Shown here: positions 48,533 to 59,133 of the stretch, in pieces | How positions within the stretch are numbered: the first letter of the stretch is position 1 | Layout of the letters: each line of letters begins with the position of its first letter | From: Acidimicrobiales bacterium | Lineage (GTDB): Bacteria; Actinomycetota; Acidimicrobiia; Acidimicrobiales; MedAcidi-G1 | Assembly: GCA_029577135.1 (NCBI GenBank) | Contig: JARQPW010000001.1 | Coordinates: forward strand, 42,022 to 106,021 | Direction of reading: 5' to 3' | DNA length: 64,000 bases | Program-made: the position numbers and the translations under genes | The notes under the pieces: model-generated | Database searches by the model: none | The model's input: only the letters and a program-made list of their open reading frames with translations | Told to the model about the DNA's origin: nothing

Positions 48533-50307
48533 CGGGCCACCCCCAGGGCGTCGAGTGTGCGGCCCAGTACGTCGAGGACGTCGGAGCGGGCATGGACGAA
48601 CTCGTCGACGCCGGCGTCGCGCCATTCGGGCTCGTGCTCGCCGGGTCGTCCGGCCAGGACCACATGGGCAACGCCCTCGTCCTTGAGTGCCCGTGCGACG
48701 TCGGCGGCGTCGGCGGCACAGCGGTCGTCGCTGCCGCAGATGACTGCCACGGACGGACCCGCCGCCTCGGTGGTCCGGATGCCGGCGACGGCGAACAGGT
48801 TGGCGGCGAACGTGGTGCGGGCCGAGTGCTCGGCCAGCGGGCCGAGCGACACGAGGCGGACGACGGGGCCCGCCCACTCGCCGGCGTCGCGCAGCGCCTC
48901 GAACGGCTCGGCAAGGTGATGCAGGCGCAGGGGCCCGTCCGCCGGTGCGGGTCCGGCGGGACGGGCGAGCGGCACCTCGTCGATGTCGGGAAAGTCGGAC
49001 ACGCCGGTGAGGGCGTCGGTGCGGGTGGCGAGGCGGGTGGCACGGGCCGTGCACGTGGCCTCGACCTCGGCGGCGATGCGTCCGGAGGCCAGTGCGGCGA
49101 CCATGCCCCCGTCGGCCTCGATCGAGCGGAACCGCTCCCAGACGGCCTCGGCGAGGCGCTCGGTGAGGTCCTCGACGAACCACGAGCCGCCGGCGGGATC
49201 GACCACCCGGGCCAGGCCGCTCTCCTCGGTCAGGAGCAACTGGGTGTTGCGGGCGGTGCGGCGTCCAAACTCGTCGGGTCGCCCGATTGCGCTGTCGAAG
49301 GGGCGAACCGTCACCGCCGAGGCACCCCCGATGCCGGCGGAGAAGGCGGCCACGGCGCCGCGTAGCAGGTTCACCCACGGGTCGCGGCGGGCGAGCATGG
49401 CGGCCGAGGTGACCGCCGTCTGGTGCTGGGCACGGACGTCGGAACCGCACGCCCCGGCCACCCGGTCCCAGAGCCGGCGCCCCGCCCGGAACCTGGCGAT
49501 GGTGCGGAACTGGTCGGCATCGGCCGAGTACGTGAAGGTCAATGCTCCGAGGGCGTCGTCGACCGCCACGCCATCGGCCTCGAGGGCACGCAGGTAGGCG
49601 ACGCCCGTGGCGAGCGAGCACGCCAGCTCCCACGCCTCGCTGGCGCCGGCGTCGGCCCAGACGGTGGCATCGACGCTGACGGCGCGGACGCCGGGAGCGT
49701 CGGCCACCGATGCCACGACCGGCGCCAGCGTCGAGAGGTCGGGGTCGCCTCCGTGGCGGGCCGCCACGCCGATCGGGTCGAGACCGAGGGCGCCGGAGCG
49801 GTCGGCGGCGGGGGTCCCCCGTTCCTCCCAGAGGTCGACCAGCCACCCGGCAGCGGTCGCCCCATCGGGCCCGGGCACCAGCGCCACCGGCGCCATCTCG
49901 AGGAAGACGCCTTCGAGCACGGCGGCGAGGTCGTCGGCCGACCCGATCCCGATGGCCGCCCGGTCGAGCAGCACCGAGGTCGAACCCCGCTCCAGTTCGT
50001 CGTGCACAGTGGCATTGGCGGCGGCCGTGCCCTCGTCGAGCACCAGCGCCCGGACGTCCCAGCCGGACTTCGTGTTGCCGGCGCTGGTCGATCCCCGGGT
50101 GTGGGGGCTCGCCCCCGGCATGCCCGCCCGGTCGCTTCGGCCGTCGTTGGCGTAGAGCGGCTCGATGCGGATGCCGTCGTCGGTGACCGTCGTCAGCGAC
50201 TCGAGGGTGCGACCTTGCAGGGAGGATCCGGCCAGGTCGACCCAGTCGTCACGGGTGACGGGCTCGAACCCGGCCGCCAGACGCATCGGCTCGGCGGGCG
50301 TGGGCAT
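48529..50307 (-). CDS. mutA: methylmalonyl-CoA mutase small subunit
   Basis: MutA-like sequence ([50 protein letters not shown]) directly upstream of mutB. The start Met is uncertain (50307 or 50286). Confidence 0.85.
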   Translation of the reverse strand: MPTPAEPMRLAAGFEPVTRDDWVDLAGSSLQGRTLESLTTVTDDGIRIEPLYANDGRSDRAGMPGASPHTRGSTSAGNTKSGWDVRALVLDEGTAAANATVHDELERGSTSVLLDRAAIGIGSADDLAAVLEGVFLEMAPVALVPGPDGATAAGWLVDLWEERGTPAADRSGALGLDPIGVAARHGGDPDLSTLAPVVASVADAPGVRAVSVDATVWADAGASEAWELACSLATGVAYLRALEADGVAVDDALGALTFTYSADADQFRTIARFRAGRRLWDRVAGACGSDVRAQHQTAVTSAAMLARRDPWVNLLRGAVAAFSAGIGGASAVTVRPFDSAIGRPDEFGRRTARNTQLLLTEESGLARVVDPAGGSWFVEDLTERLAEAVWERFRSIEADGGMVAALASGRIAAEVEATCTARATRLATRTDALTGVSDFPDIDEVPLARPAGPAPADGPLRLHHLAEPFEALRDAGEWAGPVVRLVSLGPLAEHSARTTFAANLFAVAGIRTTEAAGPSVAVICGSDDRCAADAADVARALKDEGVAHVVLAGRPGEHEPEWRDAGVDEFVHARSDVLDVLGRTLDALGVAR

Positions 50308-50406
50308 CCACTGATGGTAGGTGAGCGTCCGCTCCGACCGGGAAGCCCTGTGACCCATGACCGGCTGGGCTGCGGACACGGCCAGGGGGTCTGCGAGGAT
50401 CGCCCC

Positions 50407-51900
50407 GTGACCGACACCGGGCATCCCGGCCGCTGGTTCATCCTCGGCATCCTCAACCTCTCGCTCATCCTCGTCGTCGCCAGCGTCAGCTCGCTGAACC
50501 TGTCGCTCCCCTCGATCCAGCGGGCCCTCGACGCCTCGGCCGCCGACCTGATCTGGATCAACGCCGCCTACGCCCTAGTGTTCGCCGCCTTCCTGCTGCC
50601 CGCCGGGGCGCTGGGCGACCGCTTCGGCCGCAAGGGCGCACTGTTGACCGGGCTGGTCGTCTTCGTCGTCGGCGCCCTGCTCGGCTCCACGGCCGACACC
50701 GCCGGACAGGTCATCGCCTTCCGGGCGACCATGGGCATCGGGGCCGCCCTCGCCATGCCCGCCACGCTGTCGATCCTCATGGCGGTCTTCCCGCCCGACG
50801 AGCGGGACAAGGCGATCGCAGTCTGGGCGGGCTTCGCCGGGGCCGGAGGCGCCATCGGCATCCTGTCCGCCGGCCTGCTCCTCGAGTACTTCTGGTGGGG
50901 CTCGGTGTTCTTCGTCAACGTGCCGATCGCCGCCACCGCCCTGGCGCTCGTGGCCATCTTCGTCCCCACGTCGAGCGACTCGCAGGGCCACCACCTCGAC
51001 CTGTTCGGCAGCCTGCTCTCCGCCGTGGGCCTGGCGGCGCTGGTCTTCGGGCTCATCCAGGGGCCCGAGTACGGCTGGACCGACCCCCTCGTCCTCGGTG
51101 GCTTCTTGGCCGCCGTCGCGCTGCTCGTCTCCTGGGGGGTGGTCGAACGCCGTCAGGAGCATCCGATGCTCGACCCGGGCCTGTTCCGCATCCCCCGCTT
51201 CGGCCTCGCCACACTGGCGCTCGGCACCGCCTTCGCCGTCATGTTCGGCATGTTCTTCGGGCTCGCCCAGTACCTGCAGTTCGTGCTCGGCTACACGCCG
51301 CTCGGCGCCGCTGTCCGGATCATGCCCTTCGCAGTCGTGATGGTCGCCATCGCTCCCCGCGGACCGGCACTGGCCGCACGGTTCGGCAGCGGCCGGGTCA
51401 TCGGCGGCGGCATGCTCATCACGGCGCTGGGCTGCGTGGTGATGGCGCTGCTCACCGGCGAATCCGGCTACGGGCACGTGGTCCTCGGCGTGCTGCTGGT
51501 CTCCTCCGGCATGGCGCTCGGGTTCCCGACGTCGACGGCGGCGATCGTGGGCTCCCTGTCCCTCGACAAGGCCGGCGTGGCCTCGGCGGTCAACGACACC
51601 ACACGCGAGGTCGGCGCCGCCGTCGGCATCGCCCTCCTGGGGAGCCTCCTGTCCGCCGGCTACCGGCGGGGCCTGGGCGACGCCCTCGACCAGATTCCGT
51701 CCCAGATGGCGGAGATCGCCAGGGACTCGGTCGGCGCGGCGCTCGTCGTGGCGCAGCGGGACCCGGCCGGCGTCGGCGAACAAATCGCCGCCACGGCCCA
51801 CGATGCCTTCGCCAACGGCTACTCCCTGGCCATGACCGCCGGGGCGGCCCTGCTCGCCGTGACCGGTCTGGTCGTCATCCGGCGCTGGCCCGCCGACTGA
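50407..51900 (+). CDS. MFS transporter, DHA2 (EmrB/QacA-like, 14-TMS) family
   Basis: LPSIQRALDAS...LIWINAAYALVFAAFLLPAGALGDRFGRKGALL is the typical DHA2 N-terminus, with about 14 hydrophobic segments. GTG 50407 was chosen to avoid overlap with mutA. Confidence 0.85.
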   Translation: MTDTGHPGRWFILGILNLSLILVVASVSSLNLSLPSIQRALDASAADLIWINAAYALVFAAFLLPAGALGDRFGRKGALLTGLVVFVVGALLGSTADTAGQVIAFRATMGIGAALAMPATLSILMAVFPPDERDKAIAVWAGFAGAGGAIGILSAGLLLEYFWWGSVFFVNVPIAATALALVAIFVPTSSDSQGHHLDLFGSLLSAVGLAALVFGLIQGPEYGWTDPLVLGGFLAAVALLVSWGVVERRQEHPMLDPGLFRIPRFGLATLALGTAFAVMFGMFFGLAQYLQFVLGYTPLGAAVRIMPFAVVMVAIAPRGPALAARFGSGRVIGGGMLITALGCVVMALLTGESGYGHVVLGVLLVSSGMALGFPTSTAAIVGSLSLDKAGVASAVNDTTREVGAAVGIALLGSLLSAGYRRGLGDALDQIPSQMAEIARDSVGAALVVAQRDPAGVGEQIAATAHDAFANGYSLAMTAGAALLAVTGLVVIRRWPAD

Positions 51901-51934
51901 GCGGTCGGCACCCGCCGGGTGGAAGGATGCGACC

Positions 51935-52972
51935 ATGCGCATCACCACGTCACTCAACTACGCCACCGACCCCCGCACCGCAGCCACCCAGGCCCGTGAA
52001 CTCGAGGCGGCCGGCGTCGACTGCATCTGGATCCCGGAGGCCTACGGCTTCGACGGGGTGAGCCTGCTCGGCTACCTGGCCTCGGCCACCACGACCGTCG
52101 GGCTGGCCAGCGGCATCCTCAACACGTTCAGCCGCACGCCGGCCTGCATCGCCCAGACCGCCGCCGGGCTGGACGCCCTCTCGGAGGGCCGCTTCTCGCT
52201 CGGCCTCGGCGCCTCCGGCCCGCAGGTGATCGAGGGGTTCCACGGCATGCCCTACTCGATGCCCCTGACCCGCATGAAGGAGATCATCTCGATCTGCCGG
52301 ATGGCCTGGCGACGCGAGAAGCTCGAACACGACGGCAGGGTCTTCACGCTGCCGCTGCCGGCCGACGAGGGCACCGGCCTCGGCAAGCCGCTCAAGATCA
52401 TCAACCACCTGGTGCGGCCCGACATCCCGATCTACATCGCCGCTCTCGGGGCCAAGAGCGTCGAGGAGACCGCAGCCACCACCGACGGCTGGCTGCCGTT
52501 CCTCGTCTACCCGGAGCGCATGGACCGGATCTGGGGCGACCCCGTGCGGGCAGGCCTGGTCCGACGCGACCCCGACCTGGGCGACCTCGACGTCGTGGCC
52601 GGCGGCATCGTGGCGATCGGCGACGATGCGGCGCAGTACCGCGACTTCGCCCGCCCGATGGCTGCGCTCTACATCGGCGGTATGGGCGCCCGCGGCAAGA
52701 ACTTCTACAACGACGTCTGCCGCGACTACGGCTTCGCCGACGAGGCCGGCGCCGTGCAGGACGCCTACCTCGAGGGCCGCAAGGACGAGGCCGCCGGCCT
52801 CCTGCCCACCGAGCTCATCGAGAACACGACGCTCTGCGGCGACGAGGCCTACATTGTCGACCGCCTGGCCGCCTACAAGGCAGCCGGCGTCACGTCACTC
52901 AACGTTTCGCCGATCGGTGGCGATCCGGCCAAGGTGCTGGGCCGCCTCCGCGAACTCGCCGAACACGCGTAG
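51935..52972 (+). CDS. LLM class (probably F420-dependent) oxidoreductase
   Basis: AGVDCIWIPEAYGFDGVSLLGYLAS, FSLGLGASGPQVIEGFHG and PIYIAALG are luciferase-like monooxygenase fold blocks. Confidence 0.85.
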   Translation: MRITTSLNYATDPRTAATQARELEAAGVDCIWIPEAYGFDGVSLLGYLASATTTVGLASGILNTFSRTPACIAQTAAGLDALSEGRFSLGLGASGPQVIEGFHGMPYSMPLTRMKEIISICRMAWRREKLEHDGRVFTLPLPADEGTGLGKPLKIINHLVRPDIPIYIAALGAKSVEETAATTDGWLPFLVYPERMDRIWGDPVRAGLVRRDPDLGDLDVVAGGIVAIGDDAAQYRDFARPMAALYIGGMGARGKNFYNDVCRDYGFADEAGAVQDAYLEGRKDEAAGLLPTELIENTTLCGDEAYIVDRLAAYKAAGVTSLNVSPIGGDPAKVLGRLRELAEHA

Positions 52973-52996
52973 GGCGCGCCCGGGGCCTGAAGCTGG

Positions 52997-53806
52997 TCAG
53001 CCCACGCGGTCGAGGGGGTCGATCCGGACTCCGGCCAACGCCAACTCGGTGATCCGCCGGGGCGCCTCGCCCAACCAGAAGTTCAGCGTCAGCCGGCGCG
53101 GATGGCGGACGTGACGACGACCGGCCGCGGTGGCCGCCACGACCCGCCGGGCGAGGCGCTCCGGGGTGATCTTGGGGATGAGCAGCAGCCGGCCGAGCCG
53201 CATGCTGGTGCGCTGCACGCTGGGTGAAGCCGATTCGACGGCATCCCACATGCGGGTGTCGACCGGACCCGGGGCCACGAGGGTCGTGCGGATCGGCGTG
53301 CCCTTCAACTCGATCCGGAGAGACGATGCGAAGTTGTTGAGACCGGCCTTGGTGGCGCAGTAGGGGCCCATGCCGGGGAAGCCGGCCGTCCCGGCCAGCG
53401 ACGACGTGAACACCAGTGCTCCACGGTTGCGCTCCAGCATCCCGGGGAGCGCCCGCCGGGTGAGCACCATCGGAGCCTCCAGGTTCACCCGGGTAGCGGC
53501 CCGCACTTCGTCCGGGTCGACGGTGGCGACCGGGTCCACGGTCTCGATGCCGGCGTTGTTGACCAGCACGTCGATCGGGCCGTGGACCGCCTCGATCGCG
53601 GCGATCAGCCCGTCGACGACCACCGCATCGGACAGGTCGGCCACGTGCGCCACGCCGTCGACCTCGTCGGCCACCGCCCGCAGGTCATCGCCCGAACGGG
53701 CGACCACCACCACCTGCGCCCCTGCGGCCGCATAGGCCCTGGCCAGGCACGCCCCGATCCCCCTCGAACCACCCGTCACCAGCACGCGTGCACCATCGAG
53801 TTCCAT
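52997..53806 (-). CDS. SDR family oxidoreductase
   Basis: TGGSRGIG cofactor motif, NNAG, and catalytic Y-x-x-x-K in YCATKAG. Confidence 0.9.
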   Translation of the reverse strand: MELDGARVLVTGGSRGIGACLARAYAAAGAQVVVVARSGDDLRAVADEVDGVAHVADLSDAVVVDGLIAAIEAVHGPIDVLVNNAGIETVDPVATVDPDEVRAATRVNLEAPMVLTRRALPGMLERNRGALVFTSSLAGTAGFPGMGPYCATKAGLNNFASSLRIELKGTPIRTTLVAPGPVDTRMWDAVESASPSVQRTSMRLGRLLLIPKITPERLARRVVAATAAGRRHVRHPRRLTLNFWLGEAPRRITELALAGVRIDPLDRVG

Positions 53807-53883
53807 ACGGCGACAGTAGTTCCCGGCTCTGGGCGACGCCCCGCCGACGGGTACCGTCGGGCAGCCGCCCAGGAGGACGCCCC

Positions 53884-55035
53884 GTGCCCGACGACATCCG
53901 ACCGTTCACGATCGCCGTCCCCGACGACGACCTCGACGACCTGCGCCGCCGCCTGGCCGCCACCCGCTGGCCCGACCAGATCCCCGGCAGCGGCTGGGAC
54001 TACGGCTGCGACCTGGTCTGGCTGCAGGACCTCGCCGCCCACTGGGCCGACGGCTACGACTGGCGGGCCGCCGAGTCCGAACTCAACGCCGTCGACCACG
54101 TCACCACCGAGGTCGACGGACAGAACCTCCACGCCATCCACCAGCGCTCACCCCACGACGACGCCCTGCCGCTGCTGCTCAGCCACGGCTGGCCCGGCTC
54201 GGTCGTCGAGTTCCTCGGCCTCATCGGTCCGCTCACCGACCCGACCTCCCACGGCGGCGACGCCGCTGACGCCTTCCACGTGATCGTCCCATCGCTGCCC
54301 GGCTACGGCTGGTCCGGCCCCACCACCGAGCGGGGCTGGGGCGTCGGCCGCACCGGCGAGGCCTTCGCCGCACTGGCCGCCCGCCTCGGCTACGACCGTT
54401 ACGGCGTGCAGGGCGGCGACTGGGGCTCGATGATCTCCCGCCACATCGCCCAGGTCGATCCCGACCACGTGGTCGGCTGCCACGTCAACATGATGGCGGC
54501 CGGCCCCGCCGGCAACGACGACGACTTCGCCGACATCACCCCCCTCGAACAGCAGGTCATGGACCGCCTGAACTGGTACCTCGCCGAGGACAACGGCTAC
54601 TTCCGCATCCAGGAGACACGGCCACAGACCCTCGGCACCTGCCTCAACGACTCGCCCGCCGGGCTGCTGTCGTGGATCGGCGAGAAGTTCCACGGCTGGA
54701 CCGACCACGATGGCGACCCGCTCACCGCCGTGTCGCGCGACCGCCTCCTGACCAACGTGAGCGTCTACTGGTTCACCGGCACCATCAACTCGTCGACCCG
54801 CATGTACTACGAGACCTCCAAGGCCGGCATGGGCTCGTTCGGGGACACCGGCGACGTGCCACTCGGCGTGTCGGTCTTCCCGAAGGAGCTCATGGGCGCC
54901 CGCCGCCGCTGGGTGGAACCCAAGTTCAACCTCACCTTCTGGGCCGACCACGAGGTCGGCGGCCACTTCGCAGCACTCGAACAACCCGAGGTGCTGCTGG
55001 CCGACATCCGCGAGTTCTTCCGGCCGCTGCGATGA
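53884..55035 (+). CDS. epoxide hydrolase (EHN N-terminal domain + alpha/beta hydrolase)
   Basis: IRPFTIAVPDDDLDDLRRRLAATRWPD...HGWPGS..EF...GGDWGS are microsomal-type epoxide hydrolase hallmarks. GTG start 53884. Confidence 0.85.
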   Translation: MPDDIRPFTIAVPDDDLDDLRRRLAATRWPDQIPGSGWDYGCDLVWLQDLAAHWADGYDWRAAESELNAVDHVTTEVDGQNLHAIHQRSPHDDALPLLLSHGWPGSVVEFLGLIGPLTDPTSHGGDAADAFHVIVPSLPGYGWSGPTTERGWGVGRTGEAFAALAARLGYDRYGVQGGDWGSMISRHIAQVDPDHVVGCHVNMMAAGPAGNDDDFADITPLEQQVMDRLNWYLAEDNGYFRIQETRPQTLGTCLNDSPAGLLSWIGEKFHGWTDHDGDPLTAVSRDRLLTNVSVYWFTGTINSSTRMYYETSKAGMGSFGDTGDVPLGVSVFPKELMGARRRWVEPKFNLTFWADHEVGGHFAALEQPEVLLADIREFFRPLR

Positions 55036-55724
55036 CCACCAGCGCAGACGGCGTCGAGATTGCAGTCGAGCACCGGGGCACGGGCACGGGGGACGCCGGA
55101 ACCCGCCTGGTGTGTACGACCGGTTGGGGCAACGAACGCTCGATCTGGTCCGCCCTGGCCGACGACCTCGCCACCGACCACGCCGTCACCACCTGGGACC
55201 TGCGGGGCCACGGCCAGAGCGACACCCCACCGCCCGGCGACTATTCGAGGCAGCAAGCCCTCGCCGACCTGGCCGCCGTCCTCGACGAGGTTGGACGTCC
55301 GGCCGTGCTGGTCGGCCACAGCCTCGGCGGCTACCTCTCGCTGGCCCACACGCTCGACCACCCCGACGATGTGGCCGGGCTGGTGCTGATCGCCACCGGC
55401 CCCGGATTCCGCAAGGCCGAGGCCCGCGAAGAGTGGAACGCATCGGTGATGGCCGCCGCAGCGAAGATGGACCTGGCGCCCGGCGTCGAGGAGATCTCGC
55501 TGCACGTCGACTCGCACGTGATCGACCACCTCACCGAGATCACCTGCCCGGTGCTGGTGCTGCTGGGCGAACGCGACAGGCGCTTCGCCGCCTCGGCCGG
55601 CCTGTTCGAACGCGACCTCGACGTCCGGGAGACCGTGGTCGTCCCCGACCAGGGACACATGGTCCACCTCAAGGCCGCCACCGAGTGCGCCACGGCGATC
55701 CGGGAGTTCACGGCGGACCTGTGA
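55032..55724 (+). CDS. alpha/beta hydrolase
   Basis: HG dipeptide region and nucleophile elbow GHSLGG. The ATGA overlaps the epoxide hydrolase stop. Confidence 0.8.
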   Translation: MTTSADGVEIAVEHRGTGTGDAGTRLVCTTGWGNERSIWSALADDLATDHAVTTWDLRGHGQSDTPPPGDYSRQQALADLAAVLDEVGRPAVLVGHSLGGYLSLAHTLDHPDDVAGLVLIATGPGFRKAEAREEWNASVMAAAAKMDLAPGVEEISLHVDSHVIDHLTEITCPVLVLLGERDRRFAASAGLFERDLDVRETVVVPDQGHMVHLKAATECATAIREFTADL

Positions 55725-56581
55725 TGGGTGCCGATCCCCTGGCCCGACTGGTCGACCTCCCCCGCGGGCGCTTCCGCATGGGCACCGACGACCCGGCCCG
55801 CTACCCGGGCGACGGCGAAGGGCCCGTGCGCGACGTCGAACTCGCCCCCTTCGCCATCTCGGCGGCTGCGGTCACCACCGCCGAGTTCGCCGCATTCGTC
55901 GAAGCCACCGGCCACCGCACCACCGCCGAGATCGAAACCTGGTCATACGTGTTCGGCGGCCACCTCCCCGACGACTTCCCCGAGACCCGGGGCGTCGTCG
56001 GCGCCGAATGGTGGCGCCAGGTCCACGGCGCCGACTGGCGGCACCCCGAGGGCCCGCACAGCGACCTCACCGGCCGGGCGGACCACCCCGTCGTCCACGT
56101 CTCGTGGTTCGACGCCGCCGACTTCGCCGAGTGGGCGGCCGCCCGCCTACCCACCGAGGCCGAATGGGAGTACGCCGCCCGGGGCGACCTCGACCAGGCC
56201 CGCCTCCCCTGGGGCGACGACCTCATGCCCGACGGCGAGCACCGGTGCAACATCTGGACGGGCACGTTCCCCAGCGAGGACACCGCCGAGGACGGCTGGG
56301 CCGGTACCTGCCCGGTCGATGCCTTCGCCCCCAACGGGTTCGGGCTGTTCAACTGCTCCGGCAACACCTGGGAGTGGTGCTCCGACTGGTTCGCCACGGC
56401 ACACCCGGCCGAGCGGCCCCTCGTTGACCCCGCCGGACCGCCGGTCGGCACCGACCGGGTCGTGAAGGGCGGCTCGTTCCTGTGCCACGACAGCTACTGC
56501 CACCGCTACCGTCCGGCGGCCCGATCGGCCACGACGCCCGAGAGCACCACCTCGCACCAGGGCTTCCGACTCGCCCGCTAG
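55724..56581 (+). CDS. formylglycine-generating enzyme (SUMF1/FGE) family protein
   Basis: FRMGTDD...DGEGPVR.V.L.PF.I....VT..EF..FV..TG..T.AE, HPVVHVSWFDA..FA.W, and RVVKGGSFLCHDSYCHRYRPAAR with the paired Cys. The start overlaps the preceding stop by 1 nt. Confidence 0.85.
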   Translation: MGADPLARLVDLPRGRFRMGTDDPARYPGDGEGPVRDVELAPFAISAAAVTTAEFAAFVEATGHRTTAEIETWSYVFGGHLPDDFPETRGVVGAEWWRQVHGADWRHPEGPHSDLTGRADHPVVHVSWFDAADFAEWAAARLPTEAEWEYAARGDLDQARLPWGDDLMPDGEHRCNIWTGTFPSEDTAEDGWAGTCPVDAFAPNGFGLFNCSGNTWEWCSDWFATAHPAERPLVDPAGPPVGTDRVVKGGSFLCHDSYCHRYRPAARSATTPESTTSHQGFRLAR

Positions 56582-56604
56582 GTCCCACGCCTAGCCTTGT
56601 GGCC

Positions 56605-57795
56605 ATGGGTCTGCGCACCGAGGTCAACGCCGACGTGGCACCCGCCGCACCGGGTGAGTTCGCCGCACCCCGCATCGGCCCCCTCCAGGTCTGGCCACCG
56701 GTCGTGCTGGCGCCGATGGCCGGCGTCACCAACGCACCGTTCCGCACCCTCTGCCGGGAACACGGCGCCGGGCTCTACGTGAGCGAGATGATCACCGCAA
56801 GGGGGCTCGTCGACGGGCACCTCAAGACCAGCCGGCTCAGCCACTTCGCCCCCGACGAGTCGCCCCGCAGCATCCAGCTCTACGGCACCGAGCCCGACAG
56901 CGTCGGCCGGGCCGTGCGGATGCTCGTCGGCGACGACCGGGTCGACCACATCGACCTCAACTTCGGCTGCCCCATGCCGAAGGTGACTCGGAAAGGAGGA
57001 GGGGCGGCGATCCCGCTCAAGCCCCGCCTGTTCGCCGCGATCGTCGGTGCAGCGGTCGAAGCCGCCGGCAACATTCCACTGACCGTGAAGTTCCGGCTCG
57101 GAACCGACGCCGGCCACCTCACCTTCCTCGACACCGGCCGCATTGCCGAGGATCTCGGCGCCGCATCGGTGGCACTCCACGCCCGCACCGCCGAACAGCT
57201 CTACTCGGGCGAGGCCGACTGGTCGGCCGTGGCCGACCTCAAGGCCGCCGTCACGACGATCCCGGTCTTCGGCAACGGCGACGTCTGGGAACCGTGGGAC
57301 GCCCTGCGCCTGCTGCGCAGCACCGGCTGCGACGGTGTCGTCGTGGGACGGGGCTGCCTCGGTCGCCCCTGGCTGTTCGGCGACCTGGCCGCCGTGTTCG
57401 GCCCCACGCCAGACGCCGGCGGCAGCGAACCCGGCGACCCGCCGTTCCTCGCCGAGGTGGCCGACACGATGCGGCGCCACGCCCGCCTGCTGGTCGACTG
57501 GGCCGGCCCGCACGGCATCCGGGACTTCCGCAAGCACACCGCCTGGTACCTCAAGGGCTACGCCACGGGGCCGGCGGTCCGCCGGGGCCTCCAGGCCATC
57601 GACTCGCTCGACGACCTCGACCGGCAACTCGCCGACCTCGACCCGCACCTCGCGCTCGACCCCGATTCGCTGCGCATTCCCCGCAGCCACCGCAACGGCC
57701 CCCGACGGGTCGTGCTGCCCGAAGGCTGGCTGGACGACCCCGAAGACGCCACCCCGCCACCCGCCGAGGCCGAGGCCCTCGTCTCCGGTGGCTAG
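56605..57795 (+). CDS. dus: tRNA dihydrouridine synthase
   Basis: VVLAPMAGVTNAPFRTLCREHGAGLYVSEMI, IDLNFGCPMPKVTRKGGGAA, HARTAEQLYSG.ADW. Confidence 0.9.
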   Translation: MGLRTEVNADVAPAAPGEFAAPRIGPLQVWPPVVLAPMAGVTNAPFRTLCREHGAGLYVSEMITARGLVDGHLKTSRLSHFAPDESPRSIQLYGTEPDSVGRAVRMLVGDDRVDHIDLNFGCPMPKVTRKGGGAAIPLKPRLFAAIVGAAVEAAGNIPLTVKFRLGTDAGHLTFLDTGRIAEDLGAASVALHARTAEQLYSGEADWSAVADLKAAVTTIPVFGNGDVWEPWDALRLLRSTGCDGVVVGRGCLGRPWLFGDLAAVFGPTPDAGGSEPGDPPFLAEVADTMRRHARLLVDWAGPHGIRDFRKHTAWYLKGYATGPAVRRGLQAIDSLDDLDRQLADLDPHLALDPDSLRIPRSHRNGPRRVVLPEGWLDDPEDATPPPAEAEALVSGG

Positions 57796-58366
57796 CGGCG
57801 CCCAGCGGCTGGTCCTGGCATCGGGTTCGCCCCGCCGCCTCGACCTGCTCCGGGCGCACGGATTCAACCCGAGGGTCCGGCGACCCGACGTCGACGAGAC
57901 GCCGCAGCCGGGCGAGGATGCCGCCGCCCTCGTGGAGCGGCTCGCCATGGCCAAGCTCGCCGCCGTCATCGACAGCCACGAGACCGGCCTCGCCGCCGAC
58001 ACGGTGGTGGTACTCGACGGCGAGGTGCTCGGCAAGCCCGGCCGGCCCGACTGGGCGACCGACATGCTGCACCGGCTGTCGGGACGCACCCACGAGGTGG
58101 TCGGCGGCCTGGCGGTGTGTCACGGCGGCCACACGATCTCCGGCGTGGTCCGCACCCGCGTCACGTTCCGCGCACTTGGCGACGACGAGATCGACGCCTA
58201 TGTGGCAACCGGCGAACCCCTCGACAAGGCGGGCGCCTATGCCATCCAGGGTGGCGCCGCCGGCTTCGTGGCCGAGGTCGACGGATGTCGGGAGAACGTG
58301 GTCGGACTGTCGATCCCCGCAGTGCTCGCGGCGCTGAAGTCGCTGGGGGCTCAGTCGGCGGGCTGA
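57788..58366 (+). CDS. maf: Maf-like nucleoside triphosphate pyrophosphatase
   Basis: LVLASGSPRRLDLL, DTVVVLDGEVLGKP, YVATGEPLDKAGAYAIQG. GTG start overlaps the dus end. Confidence 0.85.
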   Translation: MASGAQRLVLASGSPRRLDLLRAHGFNPRVRRPDVDETPQPGEDAAALVERLAMAKLAAVIDSHETGLAADTVVVLDGEVLGKPGRPDWATDMLHRLSGRTHEVVGGLAVCHGGHTISGVVRTRVTFRALGDDEIDAYVATGEPLDKAGAYAIQGGAAGFVAEVDGCRENVVGLSIPAVLAALKSLGAQSAG

Positions 58367-59133
58367 TCCGGCAGCACCAGGCGCTGGTCGACCGTCATGA
58401 ACAGTCGGGCGCCGCCCAGCACCACGACCAGGCCCGTGATCGCCGCCGAGCCGAGGATCAGGAACAGGATCGCCGCCTGGACGAGAGCGGCATCCAGCGG
58501 GTCGACCCCGGCGAGGATCATCCCGGTCAGGGCACCCGGCAGGAACACCATCCCCACGGACCGGGTGACCTCGATCTGCGGGCGCAACGCCAGCCGCAGT
58601 GCCTCGGCGGTGACGTCCCGCGAGGCCCGCCACCGGTCGAAGCCGAGGGCCAGCAGCGCCTCGACCTCGCCAGCCCGGTCGCGGAAGCCGTCGACCAGTC
58701 GGGTGGCGGAGACCACCACGACCTTGAGCGAGTTGCCGACGACCATCCCGGACACCGGCACCAGCACCCGGGCCTCGTAGGGCAGGACGTCGAAGCCGAA
58801 CACCACGGCCAACGAGGCGGCCAGGCCGAGCGTGTAGCCGACGGTCGTGGTTACCATGATCCCCGGCAGGCGGGGTTCGCGGCGGCGGGCCGACCAGGCG
58901 GCCACCGGCACCATGGCCGCCACCCAGAGCCAGGCCCAGGCGATCGGGACGTCGTCGGCGAGCAGCAGCGTGAGCGCCCAGCCGGCGAGGAGCAGCTGTC
59001 CGACCGCACGGGCGGAGGCCACGAACAGATCCTTCTCGAGCCCGAGCCGTCGCCCCCTGGACACGCCGATCGTCACCGCAACCAGCAACAGCGAGGCGGC
59101 CAATCCTACCCAGCCGATGGAAACGTCGGTCAT
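58351..59133 (-). CDS. FetB/YbbM-type (UPF0014) ABC permease
   Basis: Collinear with E. coli FetB as I recall it: LGLEKDLF, PVSGMVVGNS, FLPGALTGMILAGVDPL. 260 aa, polytopic. Confidence 0.8.
   Translation of the reverse strand: MTDVSIGWVGLAASLLLVAVTIGVSRGRRLGLEKDLFVASARAVGQLLLAGWALTLLLADDVPIAWAWLWVAAMVPVAAWSARRREPRLPGIMVTTTVGYTLGLAASLAVVFGFDVLPYEARVLVPVSGMVVGNSLKVVVVSATRLVDGFRDRAGEVEALLALGFDRWRASRDVTAEALRLALRPQIEVTRSVGMVFLPGALTGMILAGVDPLDAALVQAAILFLILGSAAITGLVVVLGGARLFMTVDQRLVLPDQPAD

Noticed and set aside
48533-49846. N-terminal extension of the mutB ORF to 1147 aa.
   Set aside because: The extension is Arg/Gly/Pro-rich and runs through mutA in another frame. MutB homology begins at the GTG that overlaps the mutA stop (48532).
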